Shown here: piece by piece, positions 1 to 12,000 of the stretch
Layout: every line of letters begins with the position of its first letter
How positions within the stretch are numbered: the stretch's first letter is position 1
Virus record (IMG/VR): IMGVR_UViG_3300017917_000952
Location: 142,752-206,751 of that record
Length of the DNA stretch: 64,000 bases
Reading direction: 5' to 3' (one strand)
Program-made: the position numbers and the translations under genes
Notes under the pieces: model-generated
Told to the model about the DNA's origin: nothing
Seen by the model: the letters and a program-made list of their open reading frames with translations, nothing else
The model's database searches: none

Positions 1-3000
1 ATCTATCGATATACTGTTGGCGCACAAACTACTGCTAGTAACTATGCAACAGCCTCCGAAGTGGCTACTCTAAAATCTGGATTTAATAACATCCTAACAA
101 TCTTAGGTGGTAAATCTACCGGATGGACTGACTTGATTGTACCAAACGGCGGTGAACCTAGTCCGTTTACTAGTGTAAAAAATGCCTACGATTTATTATT
201 AGCAAATACCAGTTACATCCAAGGAGAAATTATTGGATTTGTAACTGCAAACTATCCAACACTGGTCTACGATCAGGCAAAATGCGAACGAGATGTAGAG
301 TATATTCTACAGAGCCTTGCGTTTGATTTACTCTACGGAGGAAATCGTCAAAGCATTCAGGCAGGTCTAAGTTATTATTCTAATCTAACAGGCGTAACTG
401 TTATACCAAATGAAACAACAGCAACAATAGATGCATTTACATTTATGAAAGATGTTGCAGTTGATCTTATTCAAGGTAACGCATACACACCAATTCAGAC
501 TAGAGTAAAACCAGTAACAGGATTACCGTTAAGTGATGCATCTGCTGCAACAGAGATTACTAAGATCTTTAGCACAATCACAGATATTATCTTATCTGGT
601 CCTAGTATTGCTGCTCCTCTTGAACCAATTAATTTAACTAGGTCCACTAGTACAACGGTAATCAATGCATTTGATATTATTAAAGCAAACAAGAATTTTA
701 TTGTTGCTGAAATGATTGCATATCTTGATAATACATATAATCCTGGAAGTTTTAACTACGACCAAGAATTGTGCTATCGAGATGTTGGCCTGATTATCGA
801 CGCAGTTAGCCAGGACATTCTATTAGGCGGAAATCAAAAGTCTCTCGAAGCAGGTCTAAGTTATTGGAGCGCCGGATACAATTACGTTTCTGGCCAAGTC
901 TCTACAACAACGGCTGCAATTAACTATGTTCGCGATGTTGCGTTACAGGTAATTGCTAACACTACAGTAACTGGAATAACAAATACAGTTACAAAACAAG
1001 TAATTAATACCTTCTTCCAGTATGGCGGCGACTACATGCCGCAGGAAGCAGTGTCTAGAAACTTTAATATCATTACAGATATTATTGAGAACGGACCTGC
1101 GGTAGCACCTCCTATATATGCAGGCGGTGGTCTGTTTAGCCTAACAGGTCTGAATGGCAGTTCTGTAAAGATCGCACCAAAGGTAACTAGCGTTAACGAA
1201 GTCAGTACTGGTACATATTTGATCGGTTTGAACACAGCAACAATCGGATTTGGAAAAAATGCAACATTGTATTTCGGAGAAACTGCGGTTTATCCGTTAC
1301 AAGATGCACAAGTTTCTGCAAAGAGCTTAGAATACACAGGCAATGCAACTACCTGGGATGAAAGAAAAGTAGATCCTAACGGTTCTATGGGCGGTAGTCT
1401 TGTTGACGGTGGAGTAATTAGTGATCGAAGCCCGATCCAGTCGTTTGTTTACGATGCGTTTACTCAACTTAACCAGGGCGGTGTTGGTATCAAAGTTACT
1501 AACAACGGCTACGCACAGTTAGTTTCTGTGTTTACAATTTTCTGTTCCGTGGGTGTTCAATGCGATAACGGAGGTATTGCTTCTATTACTAACTCTAACT
1601 GTAACTTCGGTGACATATCGTTGCTAGCAAAAGGCTACGGTAAGAGAGAGTTTAGCGGTACAGTATTCAATCCAAAGTTTAGAGCATATCCTTTCAGTCC
1701 TAACGGCCCGGGATTGCCTTACCTTGATCAATTCTATCCAGAGGGTTACTGGCCTAACAATGGCGGTCGTGTTGAAGTGTTTGTCCCAGACACAGCAAAC
1801 AGACCTCACATTGGCCTAGTAATGGAAGTTGAGCCCCCACTAGGCTATCTAAACGAACAAAGTTTACCAGGGTTCTTAAATGCTACACCTAGCACCAGCA
1901 CACTAACAACTGGCACAATCAACCTAACAGGCATCAGTACAACTGATGTGTTTATTGGTAACGAATTAATTGTTAGAGATCAATTTGGTAGACAGTATGA
2001 CGACAACGGCGTCTACTATGTTGCTACCGGTACTGTAGTTACAGATGTTAACTATAATTCAATTAGCCTCAGCAATGCACTAACTAGTGGCGGCGGGGAT
2101 CCGACTAACCCGACATACTTTACACTATATTTCTGCGGAAATAGTTATTACACAGTCCTTACTAGCGCAGTAGCAAACCAACCTTATGCTCCTAATACAA
2201 ACATATTAGCAGCAAACAGTGATCCGTACTATCAAGGCCCACCAACAAGCCAGATTGCGGCTCACGTAACCGCACTTCAACATATGAGAAGTGTTGTTGA
2301 TGCAGTTATTGATAATATACCTGTTACGCCTACCGCAGGAAATACTGCTACGCAGGTTATTACTCCGTCTATCGTTGGCGGCGTACAAGCTCAGGCCTTT
2401 GTTGACTTACACATCGAATACATTATTGATATAGTCAATGCACCTAATTACGCAGCAGCAACCGCAGTGGTTCCGCAAAGTCAAATACTAGAATCTGGTA
2501 CTATACCCAATGGCGCGGGTAGTTGTATAATCTTGATTGAATCAAATATAGAATTTATCGCACAAGAAGTTGCGGCCTATGTTGATTTTTGGTTATCGGG
2601 CGGCATAGGCAGTTACGATAAAACAAAATGTATTAGAGACATTAAACTAATCTTACGACAACTAATTTATGATCTACAAAGTGGCGGAAACTATAATAGC
2701 ATTTACTCTGGTCTAAGTTACTGGAGTCGTCCAGGCACACATCACATTGTTGAACTAGGCGAAGCGGTTGCAAGACCTGAATACTTCCCAGACGGTGCTA
2801 TTATTAATTTCTATCAAAGAAGTTATATCAGTGCCAGCGGATACCTATTTGAATATGTAGGAGCAGGTACTAACTATGGCGCATTACCTCAACGTGGCGT
2901 AGCAGATCCTGTACAGAGTAAAGAAACAGTTCAGTTAAACGCAGGTAAGGTATTCTTTACCAGCACCGACCAGAACGGTGACTTTAGAATTGGTCCAGGA

Positions 3001-3096
3001 TTAGTAATTAGTCAGGCAACGGGTGTTCTAAGCGGTAGAACATTCGTTCAAAGTTTATACGCAAATATGACTCCATTCATATTAGCAATTGAATAA
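1..3096 (+). CDS. Large virion structural protein, 5'-truncated by the window edge; repeated 'YD..KC.RD....DL..GGN....GLSY' helical modules
   Basis: Bases 1-60 are open and in frame with ORF 61..3096. Three copies of the C.RD/GGN module. Sits in the structural cluster. Confidence 0.7.
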   Translation: MYRYTVGAQTTASNYATASEVATLKSGFNNILTILGGKSTGWTDLIVPNGGEPSPFTSVKNAYDLLLANTSYIQGEIIGFVTANYPTLVYDQAKCERDVEYILQSLAFDLLYGGNRQSIQAGLSYYSNLTGVTVIPNETTATIDAFTFMKDVAVDLIQGNAYTPIQTRVKPVTGLPLSDASAATEITKIFSTITDIILSGPSIAAPLEPINLTRSTSTTVINAFDIIKANKNFIVAEMIAYLDNTYNPGSFNYDQELCYRDVGLIIDAVSQDILLGGNQKSLEAGLSYWSAGYNYVSGQVSTTTAAINYVRDVALQVIANTTVTGITNTVTKQVINTFFQYGGDYMPQEAVSRNFNIITDIIENGPAVAPPIYAGGGLFSLTGLNGSSVKIAPKVTSVNEVSTGTYLIGLNTATIGFGKNATLYFGETAVYPLQDAQVSAKSLEYTGNATTWDERKVDPNGSMGGSLVDGGVISDRSPIQSFVYDAFTQLNQGGVGIKVTNNGYAQLVSVFTIFCSVGVQCDNGGIASITNSNCNFGDISLLAKGYGKREFSGTVFNPKFRAYPFSPNGPGLPYLDQFYPEGYWPNNGGRVEVFVPDTANRPHIGLVMEVEPPLGYLNEQSLPGFLNATPSTSTLTTGTINLTGISTTDVFIGNELIVRDQFGRQYDDNGVYYVATGTVVTDVNYNSISLSNALTSGGGDPTNPTYFTLYFCGNSYYTVLTSAVANQPYAPNTNILAANSDPYYQGPPTSQIAAHVTALQHMRSVVDAVIDNIPVTPTAGNTATQVITPSIVGGVQAQAFVDLHIEYIIDIVNAPNYAAATAVVPQSQILESGTIPNGAGSCIILIESNIEFIAQEVAAYVDFWLSGGIGSYDKTKCIRDIKLILRQLIYDLQSGGNYNSIYSGLSYWSRPGTHHIVELGEAVARPEYFPDGAIINFYQRSYISASGYLFEYVGAGTNYGALPQRGVADPVQSKETVQLNAGKVFFTSTDQNGDFRIGPGLVISQATGVLSGRTFVQSLYANMTPFILAIE

Positions 3097-3107
3097 AGAG
3101 AGATGAT

Positions 3108-3491
3108 ATGGCACAGTTACCATTAAACAAATTTTTAACAAAGACTGCGGTACTTACAACAAATACCACAGCAACGGTCTATACCAGTCCGATCGGTGTA
3201 ACTTCTATTGTGTTAATGGCACAAGTTTCAAACTTAGATACAAGCACACACTATCTAACTTTCGAACACTTCCGTTATAAAACTGTATTGCCTGATGCTC
3301 AAGGCTTCGGCGGTCAAACAGGAAACACTCCTAGTACATTGATCAAAGACTATGCGATTCCTGCTAATGATGCTGGATCGCCAATCTTTGGAAAATTAAT
3401 TGTTGAAGAATTAGATAGTATACGAGCACACGCCGATACAACAGGAACACTTCAGTTAGTATTAAGCATTCTGCAGACAGCAAATAGTTAA
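3108..3491 (+). CDS. Small virion/baseplate-associated protein (hypothetical)
   Basis: 127-aa ORF co-oriented within the structural operon; AGAG purine tract upstream. Confidence 0.6.
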   Translation: MAQLPLNKFLTKTAVLTTNTTATVYTSPIGVTSIVLMAQVSNLDTSTHYLTFEHFRYKTVLPDAQGFGGQTGNTPSTLIKDYAIPANDAGSPIFGKLIVEELDSIRAHADTTGTLQLVLSILQTANS

Positions 3492-3503
3492 TAGGACATA
3501 GCA

Positions 3504-4574
3504 ATGCCAAGTTTATTAAGCGGATCAAAATTAAGAACAGGAGGTAGCGGGGAGTTTATCAAACTTCAAAACGCTATGCCTCAACTTCCGCAAAGTCCTA
3601 CAACTAGTACCGGCTATACTGTAGTAACTAACGATAAATTAGTGACAACATACGCCAGCAGTTTAGGTAATGTTGAGTTTAATGGCGGCCAGATTTATAG
3701 CAATATAAACACTCAGACCTTAACTATAATAGGTACAGGAACAACTGCGGTTGTTATTAAGGCAAACAGTCCAGTATCGAGCACTAGTACCTTACGTGTA
3801 CAAGGTGGTGCAGGAATAGACGGAGACCTATTTGTAGGCGGATACTTTGATGCTAGTACATCTACCTTCCTAACTTTAAAAGTTAATAGTACACTAACTT
3901 CTACTGATCCGTTTACAGGAGCATTCCAAGTAGTTGGAGGTGCTGGTATCGGAGAAAACTTAAACGTCTTTGGCAGATTAGGTGTGTTAAGCACCGCATC
4001 TTTTAGCACAGATGTTATAGTTAACAGAAAGTTAGACGTAGTCAGTACAGCAACATTCGATAGTGATATAAATGTACTAAAAACTACAACGACTAAAAAT
4101 CTTATTTCGTTAAACACCGCAACATTCAACACAGATGTAAACGTTATTAATTCTGTTAATATTACAGGCGAATTAAATGTAACAGGTAACGATGCTGTTA
4201 ATTTAAGTCCGTCTGCTGCCAACGTTAATATACAGCCTTCGATTGGGGGCTCTATTACAATACAACCTAGTGTAGCAGGCACCATGGATAACATGATCAT
4301 CGGCCAGTCTAACGCACAGGATGGATATTTTCAGACTGTAGATGCCGGTGATTTGACCGTAACAAATACTGCATGGGTCGGCGGTAGTGTGTATAGTCAG
4401 GACGGCATTGCCTACTACAATAATTTATTGTACACACCAAAAGTTACAATATCAACAACACCGCCGGCCTCACCTAGACTTGGTGATTTTTGGATTGACC
4501 CGACTTACGGAGTTGAGTGCCAATATATCGATGACGGTGGCAATTTTATTTGGGTACAATTTACAGGATTCTAA
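3504..4574 (+). CDS. Tail-fibre-like structural protein
   Basis: 'GA..V.GG.GI' fibre repeats; C-terminal PP..P..GDFWID...WVQF module; AGGA RBS. Confidence 0.65.
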   Translation: MPSLLSGSKLRTGGSGEFIKLQNAMPQLPQSPTTSTGYTVVTNDKLVTTYASSLGNVEFNGGQIYSNINTQTLTIIGTGTTAVVIKANSPVSSTSTLRVQGGAGIDGDLFVGGYFDASTSTFLTLKVNSTLTSTDPFTGAFQVVGGAGIGENLNVFGRLGVLSTASFSTDVIVNRKLDVVSTATFDSDINVLKTTTTKNLISLNTATFNTDVNVINSVNITGELNVTGNDAVNLSPSAANVNIQPSIGGSITIQPSVAGTMDNMIIGQSNAQDGYFQTVDAGDLTVTNTAWVGGSVYSQDGIAYYNNLLYTPKVTISTTPPASPRLGDFWIDPTYGVECQYIDDGGNFIWVQFTGF

Positions 4575-4577
4575 ACT

Positions 4578-5720
4578 ATGGCATTATTAAACTTTCCTAC
4601 AAGTCCTTCAGTAAATGATACCTATGTTATAGGAAACATAACTTATCAATGGACCGGCAGTGCATGGATACGACTAACCAGTAGCACTAGCTCGCCTATT
4701 ATTATTAACACAATTAGCCAAAGTTTATCAACTGTAACCGGCAGTGTAGTAATTACAGGCGGTCTAGGAGTTGGCGGATCTGTTAATATTGGCTCAACAA
4801 GTACAATTGCCGGCGCTGAAATTATTACAACATCTACATTAGATACCTTTGTTAAACAAACAGTAGTCTACGCAGGAACCGATACGGCAGTCGGCGCAGT
4901 AACTACTTCCGGATTTCAGTATGTAACAATTTGGAACACTAGCACATTACAGACTGTAACAGACAGGGGTAATTCTACAACCAATGCTATACAAGTTTTA
5001 AATCCTTCAAATGCAATAAGCACAGGCTCGGGTGCTCTAGTCATCAACGGTGGTGTAGGCATAGGTCAAGATTTATGGATCGGCGGAACTATTTACAGCG
5101 CCGGTGTTCCTGTTATTACAACTAGTTCTTTAATTAGTGATATTCTTGCAGGACCTGACATTAAGGTCGAATCAACATCATCGTACTTAATTACTGGAAC
5201 AACGTCGATCTTAATCTCTAATACCAGTACACTACAAACTGTAACCACTAGAGGAAACACTACAGATCAGCAGGTAATCTTCTCTAATGCCACAGAATCT
5301 ACGTCTAGCACTACAGGAGCGGTTATAATTAGTGGCGGACTAGGAGTAGCAAAACGCATAAATTCTGAAAGTTTACAGATTGCAGATACAATCATGGATT
5401 CTGCGAAAATTTTGGTAAATACTACAGATACGATAGTAGTCGACTCATACCCGGTAACACAGTATAGGTCGGCAAAATACTTAATTCAGATAACAGAGGG
5501 GACTGGATCTGGGGCAAGTTTTGAAACTATTGAGATTTTATTGTTAGTAGATAATGATCAAACGGTATATGCAACCGAATACGCTGTGTTAACTTCACAT
5601 GGTGACCTTGGAGAATTTGCCGCAGACGTTCAAGGAGATGATATGGTTAGACTGTATTTTACTGCACATTACGCTACTAGCAAAGAGGTAAAGATATTTA
5701 GGACTGGGATGACCGTCTAA
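4578..5720 (+). CDS. Tail-fibre-like structural protein
   Basis: N-terminal LNFPTSP...YQWTGSAW module, GAL.I.GG.G repeats, two TLQTVT.RGN motifs, C-terminal YRSAKY...TEYA domain. Confidence 0.65.
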   Translation: MALLNFPTSPSVNDTYVIGNITYQWTGSAWIRLTSSTSSPIIINTISQSLSTVTGSVVITGGLGVGGSVNIGSTSTIAGAEIITTSTLDTFVKQTVVYAGTDTAVGAVTTSGFQYVTIWNTSTLQTVTDRGNSTTNAIQVLNPSNAISTGSGALVINGGVGIGQDLWIGGTIYSAGVPVITTSSLISDILAGPDIKVESTSSYLITGTTSILISNTSTLQTVTTRGNTTDQQVIFSNATESTSSTTGAVIISGGLGVAKRINSESLQIADTIMDSAKILVNTTDTIVVDSYPVTQYRSAKYLIQITEGTGSGASFETIEILLLVDNDQTVYATEYAVLTSHGDLGEFAADVQGDDMVRLYFTAHYATSKEVKIFRTGMTV

Positions 5721-5736
5721 TTTAGGAAACACTAAC

Positions 5737-8562
5737 ATGGCAATTACAGCAATAAGTAAAGACTTCGTAGTCAAATCCGGTGCGCTCGTTCAGGGAACGC
5801 AGGCGGTAACATCGTCAACAGGCCAGACGGCAACGCTTCAAGTTAATGGCGGAGTTGCAATTGCCAAGAACTTAATCGTAGGCACAACTGCTTCTATTTG
5901 GGGCGCACAAACAAACTACGGTCCCCTAACAGTTAACGGGCTAACTTCGCTTGCAGGATTAACCGCAGGTACTTCGACATTAACTTCTTTGCAGGTTACT
6001 GGACCAAGTTTATTTCAAGGCCAGACACTATTCACAGGCGCAGTAAACACATTTAGCGGTTCGCTATTCATTACTGGTACAAACATTTTAACTGTTGACA
6101 CAGGTGCAACGAACTTAGGTGGAACCTTAAACGTTGCAGGTGTAACTAGCATTACAAATAATACAGCAGCCGATTCTGCTGGTAATACTGGTGCTCTTGT
6201 AGTAACTGGTGGCATTTTAACACAGAACAATTTAGTTGTCGAAAGTACTGCATACAACACTACAACTAATACCGCAAACGCTTTATATGTAGCAGGCGGT
6301 ATCTATGCAGATGGTGGATTAACTGTTGGCTCAAACGGTCCTGTACTGTTCAAAGGACCAGTTACATTTAGCGGTACATCGACGTATGTATTCTCTACGC
6401 AAACAGTTTATACAGACAACATCTTAAACTTACACGTTCCACCAGGCGGCATTGATAATCAATGGACCTTAGATGACGGTAAAGATATCGGCTTTAGATT
6501 CCACTATTATACAAACAGCACAGATACAAACGCTGCTCTTGTTCTAGCCAACGATAGTAAGTACCTAGAATGGTACGCAGCAGGTGCAGAAGGTACTAGC
6601 ACATTTGCAGGAAGTAGTTACGGTACGTTTAAAACTGGCAATATGATTGCCGGTCGCGGAATGCGAATCGGATCGTTTGCTAGCACTACAGCCAGCGTAG
6701 CAGGTGAAAAACTTACAGTATTTGGCGGCATTTACTCAGATAGTATTGTAACTGCAACAACATTCGTTGGCGCACTATCTGGAACTGCTACATTTGCAAC
6801 TAACATTATTGGCGGCGCAGCAGGCAGTTTACCTTATCAAAGTGCTCCTAATACAACTGCTCTATTACCAATTGGTACAAACGGATACATCTTAACAGTA
6901 TCCGGTGGAAACCCTGCATGGGCGCCAGTTAGTGGGTTAAGTGCTGGTAACGCTACAACTGCAAGTAACCTTGCAGGCGGTCTAGCAGATCAAATTCCTT
7001 ATCAAAGTGCTCCTGGTCAAACAGTATTCAGTAGTGCATTAAGATTTAATGGAACAACATTTACCACTACAAACGTAATTGTTAGCGGTACAGGTAATGC
7101 TACTGGATATAACAACGGTACAGGCGCATTGCAGGTAGCAGGTGGTGCTGCAATTAATAACGACTTGTGGGTTGGCGGCGATATTAACTTACAAGGTAAC
7201 TTGTACTTAAAAGGCGCTGGTCTAGACCAAATCACAGGTAGTACAGGTACATTCGACTTCATAAGCATTGAAGGTACTGGCACAAGTTTAACAGTATTTG
7301 ATGGTGTTAGAATTGGTGGTGTAACAACTGTTACAAACACAACCGCAGTAAGCTCTACTAACACCGGTGCTCTACAAGTTCGTGGCGGCGTAGGTATTGC
7401 TGGCGGATTATTTGTTGGCGGTGCAATTACAGGTTCTTCTGCAACAATTACCGGCAATCAGTCGATTGGTGGTAATTTAACAGTCACTGGTTACGAAACT
7501 ATTAACGGTGGCGCTACAATCAGTGCGCTAACAGTAACTAATGCTGCAACTGTTGGTACAAGTTTAGCAGTTACTGGATTCAGCAGTCTAAATGGCGGTG
7601 CAACAGCCAGCGCATTGACAGTAACTAATGCTGCAACAGTTGGCACAAGCCTAGCAGTAACTGGTTTCTCAAGTCTAAATGGCGGTGCAGTAATTAGTGC
7701 CGCAACAGTCACAAATAACTTAGCAGTTGGTGGCAACGAAACTATCACAGGTTATCTAACAGTTAACGGTGGTGGTACAATTAGCGCTCTAACCGTAACC
7801 AACGCAGTCACAGTTGGTACAAGTTTAGGAGTAACAGGATTTAGTAGCCTAAGTGGTGGTGCAACAATCAGTGCTGCTACAGTTACAAATAATTTAACAG
7901 TGGGCGGCAACGTTGCGGTTACGGGCTACAGTACTGTCGGTCTATTAACTGCAACTGTATTCACTGCAACTAGTGCCAACATTATTGGCAACGAAACTGT
8001 AGGCGGTAACTTACAGGTAACTGGATTATTCACAGCAACTGGCGCATCTACATTCGGTAACACTGTAAGTATTTCCGGTATTACCAGTATTACTAACGCA
8101 ACTGACAGCAATGCTGTAAACAACGGCGCATTAGTAGTCAGCGGCGGCGTTGGTATTGCTAAGAGTCTAGTGGTAGGTGAAGACATTACCGTTGGAACTG
8201 CTACAACTCAAACAGTATTCAACAGTTTCTACAGCAATAACACCTTATACGGTAACTATACCAGTGCTCATATTGTAACTAACAGTTTAATCAGTCTAGA
8301 TACATGGAGTGCAACCGCTTACAGAACTGCAAAATACCTAGTTCAAGTTGTCGATGGTACTAAGATCCACGTACAAGAAATGTTAGTATTCCACGATGGA
8401 ACTACAGTTTACATGACAGAATATGCTGTTGCAACAAGCCAGGGTGAACTAGGAACATTTGACGCTACTCTAAGCGGTGGAACAATAACAGTTAAGTTCC
8501 AAGCAAACTATACACCTACACAGATGACTATCAAAGTAAGTAGGCAGACAATTACATTATAA
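5737..8562 (+). CDS. Long tail-fibre-like protein (941 aa)
   Basis: GAL.V.GGVGI repeats, 29-aa tandem repeat, C-terminal YRTAKY...TEYA domain paralogous to the previous gene; AGGA RBS. Confidence 0.7.
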   Translation: MAITAISKDFVVKSGALVQGTQAVTSSTGQTATLQVNGGVAIAKNLIVGTTASIWGAQTNYGPLTVNGLTSLAGLTAGTSTLTSLQVTGPSLFQGQTLFTGAVNTFSGSLFITGTNILTVDTGATNLGGTLNVAGVTSITNNTAADSAGNTGALVVTGGILTQNNLVVESTAYNTTTNTANALYVAGGIYADGGLTVGSNGPVLFKGPVTFSGTSTYVFSTQTVYTDNILNLHVPPGGIDNQWTLDDGKDIGFRFHYYTNSTDTNAALVLANDSKYLEWYAAGAEGTSTFAGSSYGTFKTGNMIAGRGMRIGSFASTTASVAGEKLTVFGGIYSDSIVTATTFVGALSGTATFATNIIGGAAGSLPYQSAPNTTALLPIGTNGYILTVSGGNPAWAPVSGLSAGNATTASNLAGGLADQIPYQSAPGQTVFSSALRFNGTTFTTTNVIVSGTGNATGYNNGTGALQVAGGAAINNDLWVGGDINLQGNLYLKGAGLDQITGSTGTFDFISIEGTGTSLTVFDGVRIGGVTTVTNTTAVSSTNTGALQVRGGVGIAGGLFVGGAITGSSATITGNQSIGGNLTVTGYETINGGATISALTVTNAATVGTSLAVTGFSSLNGGATASALTVTNAATVGTSLAVTGFSSLNGGAVISAATVTNNLAVGGNETITGYLTVNGGGTISALTVTNAVTVGTSLGVTGFSSLSGGATISAATVTNNLTVGGNVAVTGYSTVGLLTATVFTATSANIIGNETVGGNLQVTGLFTATGASTFGNTVSISGITSITNATDSNAVNNGALVVSGGVGIAKSLVVGEDITVGTATTQTVFNSFYSNNTLYGNYTSAHIVTNSLISLDTWSATAYRTAKYLVQVVDGTKIHVQEMLVFHDGTTVYMTEYAVATSQGELGTFDATLSGGTITVKFQANYTPTQMTIKVSRQTITL
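7507..7941 (+). repeat. In-frame 87-bp (29-aa) tandem repeat, 5 units (GGATISALTVTNAATVGTSLAVTGFSSLN)
   Basis: Units begin at 7507, 7594, 7681, 7768 and 7855. Confidence 0.85.
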
Positions 8563-8575
8563 ATGTAACACACTA

Positions 8576-8608
8576 AAAATAGGGCTCATTGAGCCCTATT
8601 TTGTTTTG
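8576..8608 (+). terminator. Intrinsic terminator (possibly bidirectional)
   Basis: AAAATAGGGCTCA-T-TGAGCCCTATTTT inverted repeat followed by a T-rich tract, just after the stop at 8562. Confidence 0.8.
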
Positions 8609-8630
8609 TAAATCTGATTTTTCCTTTTTA

Positions 8631-8638
8631 TATAAATA
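8631..8638 (+). promoter_or_regulatory. T4-type late promoter TATAAATA
   Basis: Exact T4 late consensus downstream of the terminator and upstream of the fibre genes. Confidence 0.75.
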
Positions 8639-8680
8639 ACACTATTATAGCCATTTTGGTGGAAAGGGAAACTAAAAGGC

Positions 8681-9061
8681 ATGCCTATAAACGCCGACTT
8701 TAAAGTCAAGCACGGCCTTGTGGTCAATACCACAGCGACGTTCTTGTCAACAGTAACTTCAACTAGCACTACAACAGGTGGTGTAATTCTATCCGGCGGT
8801 GTTGGCATTGCCAAAGATGTTTACATCGGTGGAACTGTAAACATCCTCAACACTACCTCAGCAACAAATACAACAACTGGCGCACTACAGGTCGTAGGTG
8901 GCGTTGGTATTCAGGGCGATCTTTATGCCCGCAACATTTATATGAACGGTACTTTAGTAGGTACCTTTGGCGGCGGTGGTGGTGGCGGATACCCCTATAT
9001 TGATTTAGGCTATGTTTGGGACACACCAGTAGCAGGATCAGTGGATCTAGGCTCGTTGTAA
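8681..9061 (+). CDS. Short fibre/connector protein
   Basis: N-terminal DFKVKHGL resembles DFVVKSGA of the 941-aa fibre; two GAL..GGVGI repeats; poly-Gly linker. Confidence 0.65.
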   Translation: MPINADFKVKHGLVVNTTATFLSTVTSTSTTTGGVILSGGVGIAKDVYIGGTVNILNTTSATNTTTGALQVVGGVGIQGDLYARNIYMNGTLVGTFGGGGGGGYPYIDLGYVWDTPVAGSVDLGSL

Positions 9062-9084
9062 ATTAACATGTAAGAGAAACAATA

Positions 9085-12000
9085 ATGACATCTGTATTAC
9101 AATTTAGAAGAGGAAACACAGCACAGAACGATGCGTTCACAGGTGCTGTAGCAGAAATTAGTATCGATACAAGTACTAATACCTTACGTGTTCATAACGC
9201 AGTTACACCGGGCGGTACATTTATTATGCCAACACTGCGTTTAACCAACGCAGAAAGATTAACAACAACTGCACAAGTAGGTCAATTTATATACGTCACT
9301 GATAACGTATCGGCGGGAGTTGCGCCAACATGGGTAGGCGATGGAGTAACAGCAGGTGGCGTAGTTGCAGCGGGCGGTGTTGTATCAGCCGCATCTACAG
9401 CAAGTAATTTATCAGCAGGTACCGCTGGTCAGATTCCTTATCAAACAGGACCCGGTGCAACCAGTTTCTTTGGTCCGGGATCTGCTGGACAGTTTTTACT
9501 AAGCAACGGAACAAGTGCGCCTGCATTTACAAATACCTTAACATATTCTAACGGTAGCATTAGAGTCGACGGTACTGCTAATGCTACTTCAACTAGTACC
9601 GGTGCGTTAATTGTTGCAGGCGGCATCGGTGTTGCGGGCGATGTGTATGTCGGCGGTAAAATTGTTTCTCAACAATTAGAAATTCAACTTACTACTGTAA
9701 CTACAACATTAATTCAAACCGACGATGTCATTAAAACATCCAACACAACCGCGGCACATAACGCTACTACTGGTGCCCTACAAATTGCCGGTGGCATAGG
9801 TGTCGGCGGAAGTATTTTTGTTGCAGGTAATGTAACCGCTACTACATTCTTTGGAAACTTAACTGGTACAGCCAGCACCGCAACTGCTGCGGCAACTGCT
9901 TACTCGACAATTGGCACACATACTGCTGGTACAGGTCTAAGTGGTACTACTTTCAACGGCAGTGCAAACGTTACCTGGACATTGAACACTGCTACACTAA
10001 TGCAGACAGCCGTTAACCTAAACGGCGGCGCAGCAGGTAGTTTACCATATCAAAGCGCAGCAGGCGCAACAACATTCCTAGGAATCGGTACTAGCGGATT
10101 TGTATTAACCAGTAACGGCAGTGCTCCTACATGGACAGCATTGAGCGGACTTAGTGCAGGTCTTGCCACAACGGCAAGCAACATTGCAGGTGGATTAGCA
10201 GATCAAATTCCTTATCAAAGTGCTCCTGGACAAACAACATTTAACGCAGCACTTCGTTTCAACGGAACAACATTTACCACAACAAATATTGTCGTAAGCG
10301 GTACAACAAATTCATTATCTAATACCAGCACACAGGGCGCACTATTAGTCACTGGCGGTGCTGCAATCGCTAAAGACTTATTTGTAGGTGGTGATATTAA
10401 CCTACAGGGTAACCTGTACCTAAAGGGCGCCGGCCTTGACCAGATTACAGGTAGTACAGGTACATTTGATTACGTAAGCATTGAAGGTACCGGTACTGGA
10501 TTAACCGTTGCTGACGGAGTATCTATTGGCGGCGACACATTAATTACAAAGACTACCGCAGCAAGTTCTACTAACACGGGTGCGTTACAAGTCCGGGGCG
10601 GCGTTGGTATTGCTGGCGGCCTTGTTGTTGCTACTGTTGTAACTGCAACTAACTTCTCTGGTTCTTTAAGCGGTGGTACAGGCGGGGCGATTGTATATCA
10701 AAGTGCTGCAAATACTACAGCATTCTTAAGTACATCCACGACTGGTAACTTCCTACAAGGTAACTTTAACGGTGCTCCTACTTGGACTAGCACAGGTAGC
10801 ATGTATGTAGGTAGTTCCGTATTTGCAGAAGATATTCGTGGCGGGACAAACGGACAAATTGTTTATCAAATCTCAGCAGGTAATACTGGTTTTGTCGGTC
10901 CTGGCACAACAGGTAACCTCTTCATTAGTGGCGGTGGAGGAACTCCAAGTTTCTTAGCAACAGGTGCCGCAGGTACTTTCTTAGGCAGTGCAGGTTCTGG
11001 TTCTGCTCCGGTATGGACTACAACTGCAACGATGTATGTACAAAACTCTAACGTAAGTACAAATCTACGTGGTGGAGTTGCAGGACAATTACACTATCAA
11101 ACAGCCGCAGATACAAGTGGTTACATCACAACCGCTACAACAGGTAACTTCTTACAGGCCAACTTCAACGGTGCACCTACATGGACTAGCACAAGTAGTA
11201 TGTATGTTAACCGTGCAACATTGGCAGACAGTGCTACAACAGCAACAAGTGCGGGTACTGCTTATGCAACTATCGGTACACTAACTGCCGGTACAGGTCT
11301 AACAGGTACTGCGTTCAATGGTAGTGCAAACCAAACTTGGACATTGAACACTGCTACCTATATGGCCAGTGCCGTAACTGCTAACAACTTAGCAGCAGGC
11401 GCAGCAGGTAGTCTGCCTTACCAGACATCTGCTGGCGCAACTACTTTCCTCGGTATCGGTACTAGCGGATATGTATTAACCAGTAACGGTACTGCTCCTA
11501 CATGGAGTGCATTAAGCGGATTAAGTGCCGGTAACGCAACTACAGCAACAAACTTAGCCAACGGTCTTGCAGGGCAGATTCCTTATCAATCTGGAGCAGG
11601 TTCGACAACATTCTTAGGAACTGCAACAACAGGTAACTTCTTACAAGCCAACTTTAATGGCGCACCGCTATGGACATCTAGCGGTACCATGTATGTTAAC
11701 AGTGCGGTATTTGCAGAAGATCTGTATGGAGGAAGCTCTGGACAGTTAGTCTATCAAAGCAATCTTAACACAACTGCTTTTGTAACTACAGCAACCGCAG
11801 GCAACTTCTTACAGGCAAATGGTACTAATGCACCAACTTGGACAACAACAGCATCTATGCATGTCGGTGCTGCGGTTACTGCAAGTAAGATTGTTGGTGG
11901 CACAGACGGACAGTTAGTCTATCAAATTTCTACAGGCGTAACAGGATTTGCTGGACCGGGCACTGCTGGACAATTATTAGTCAGCGGCGGTACTAGCGCA

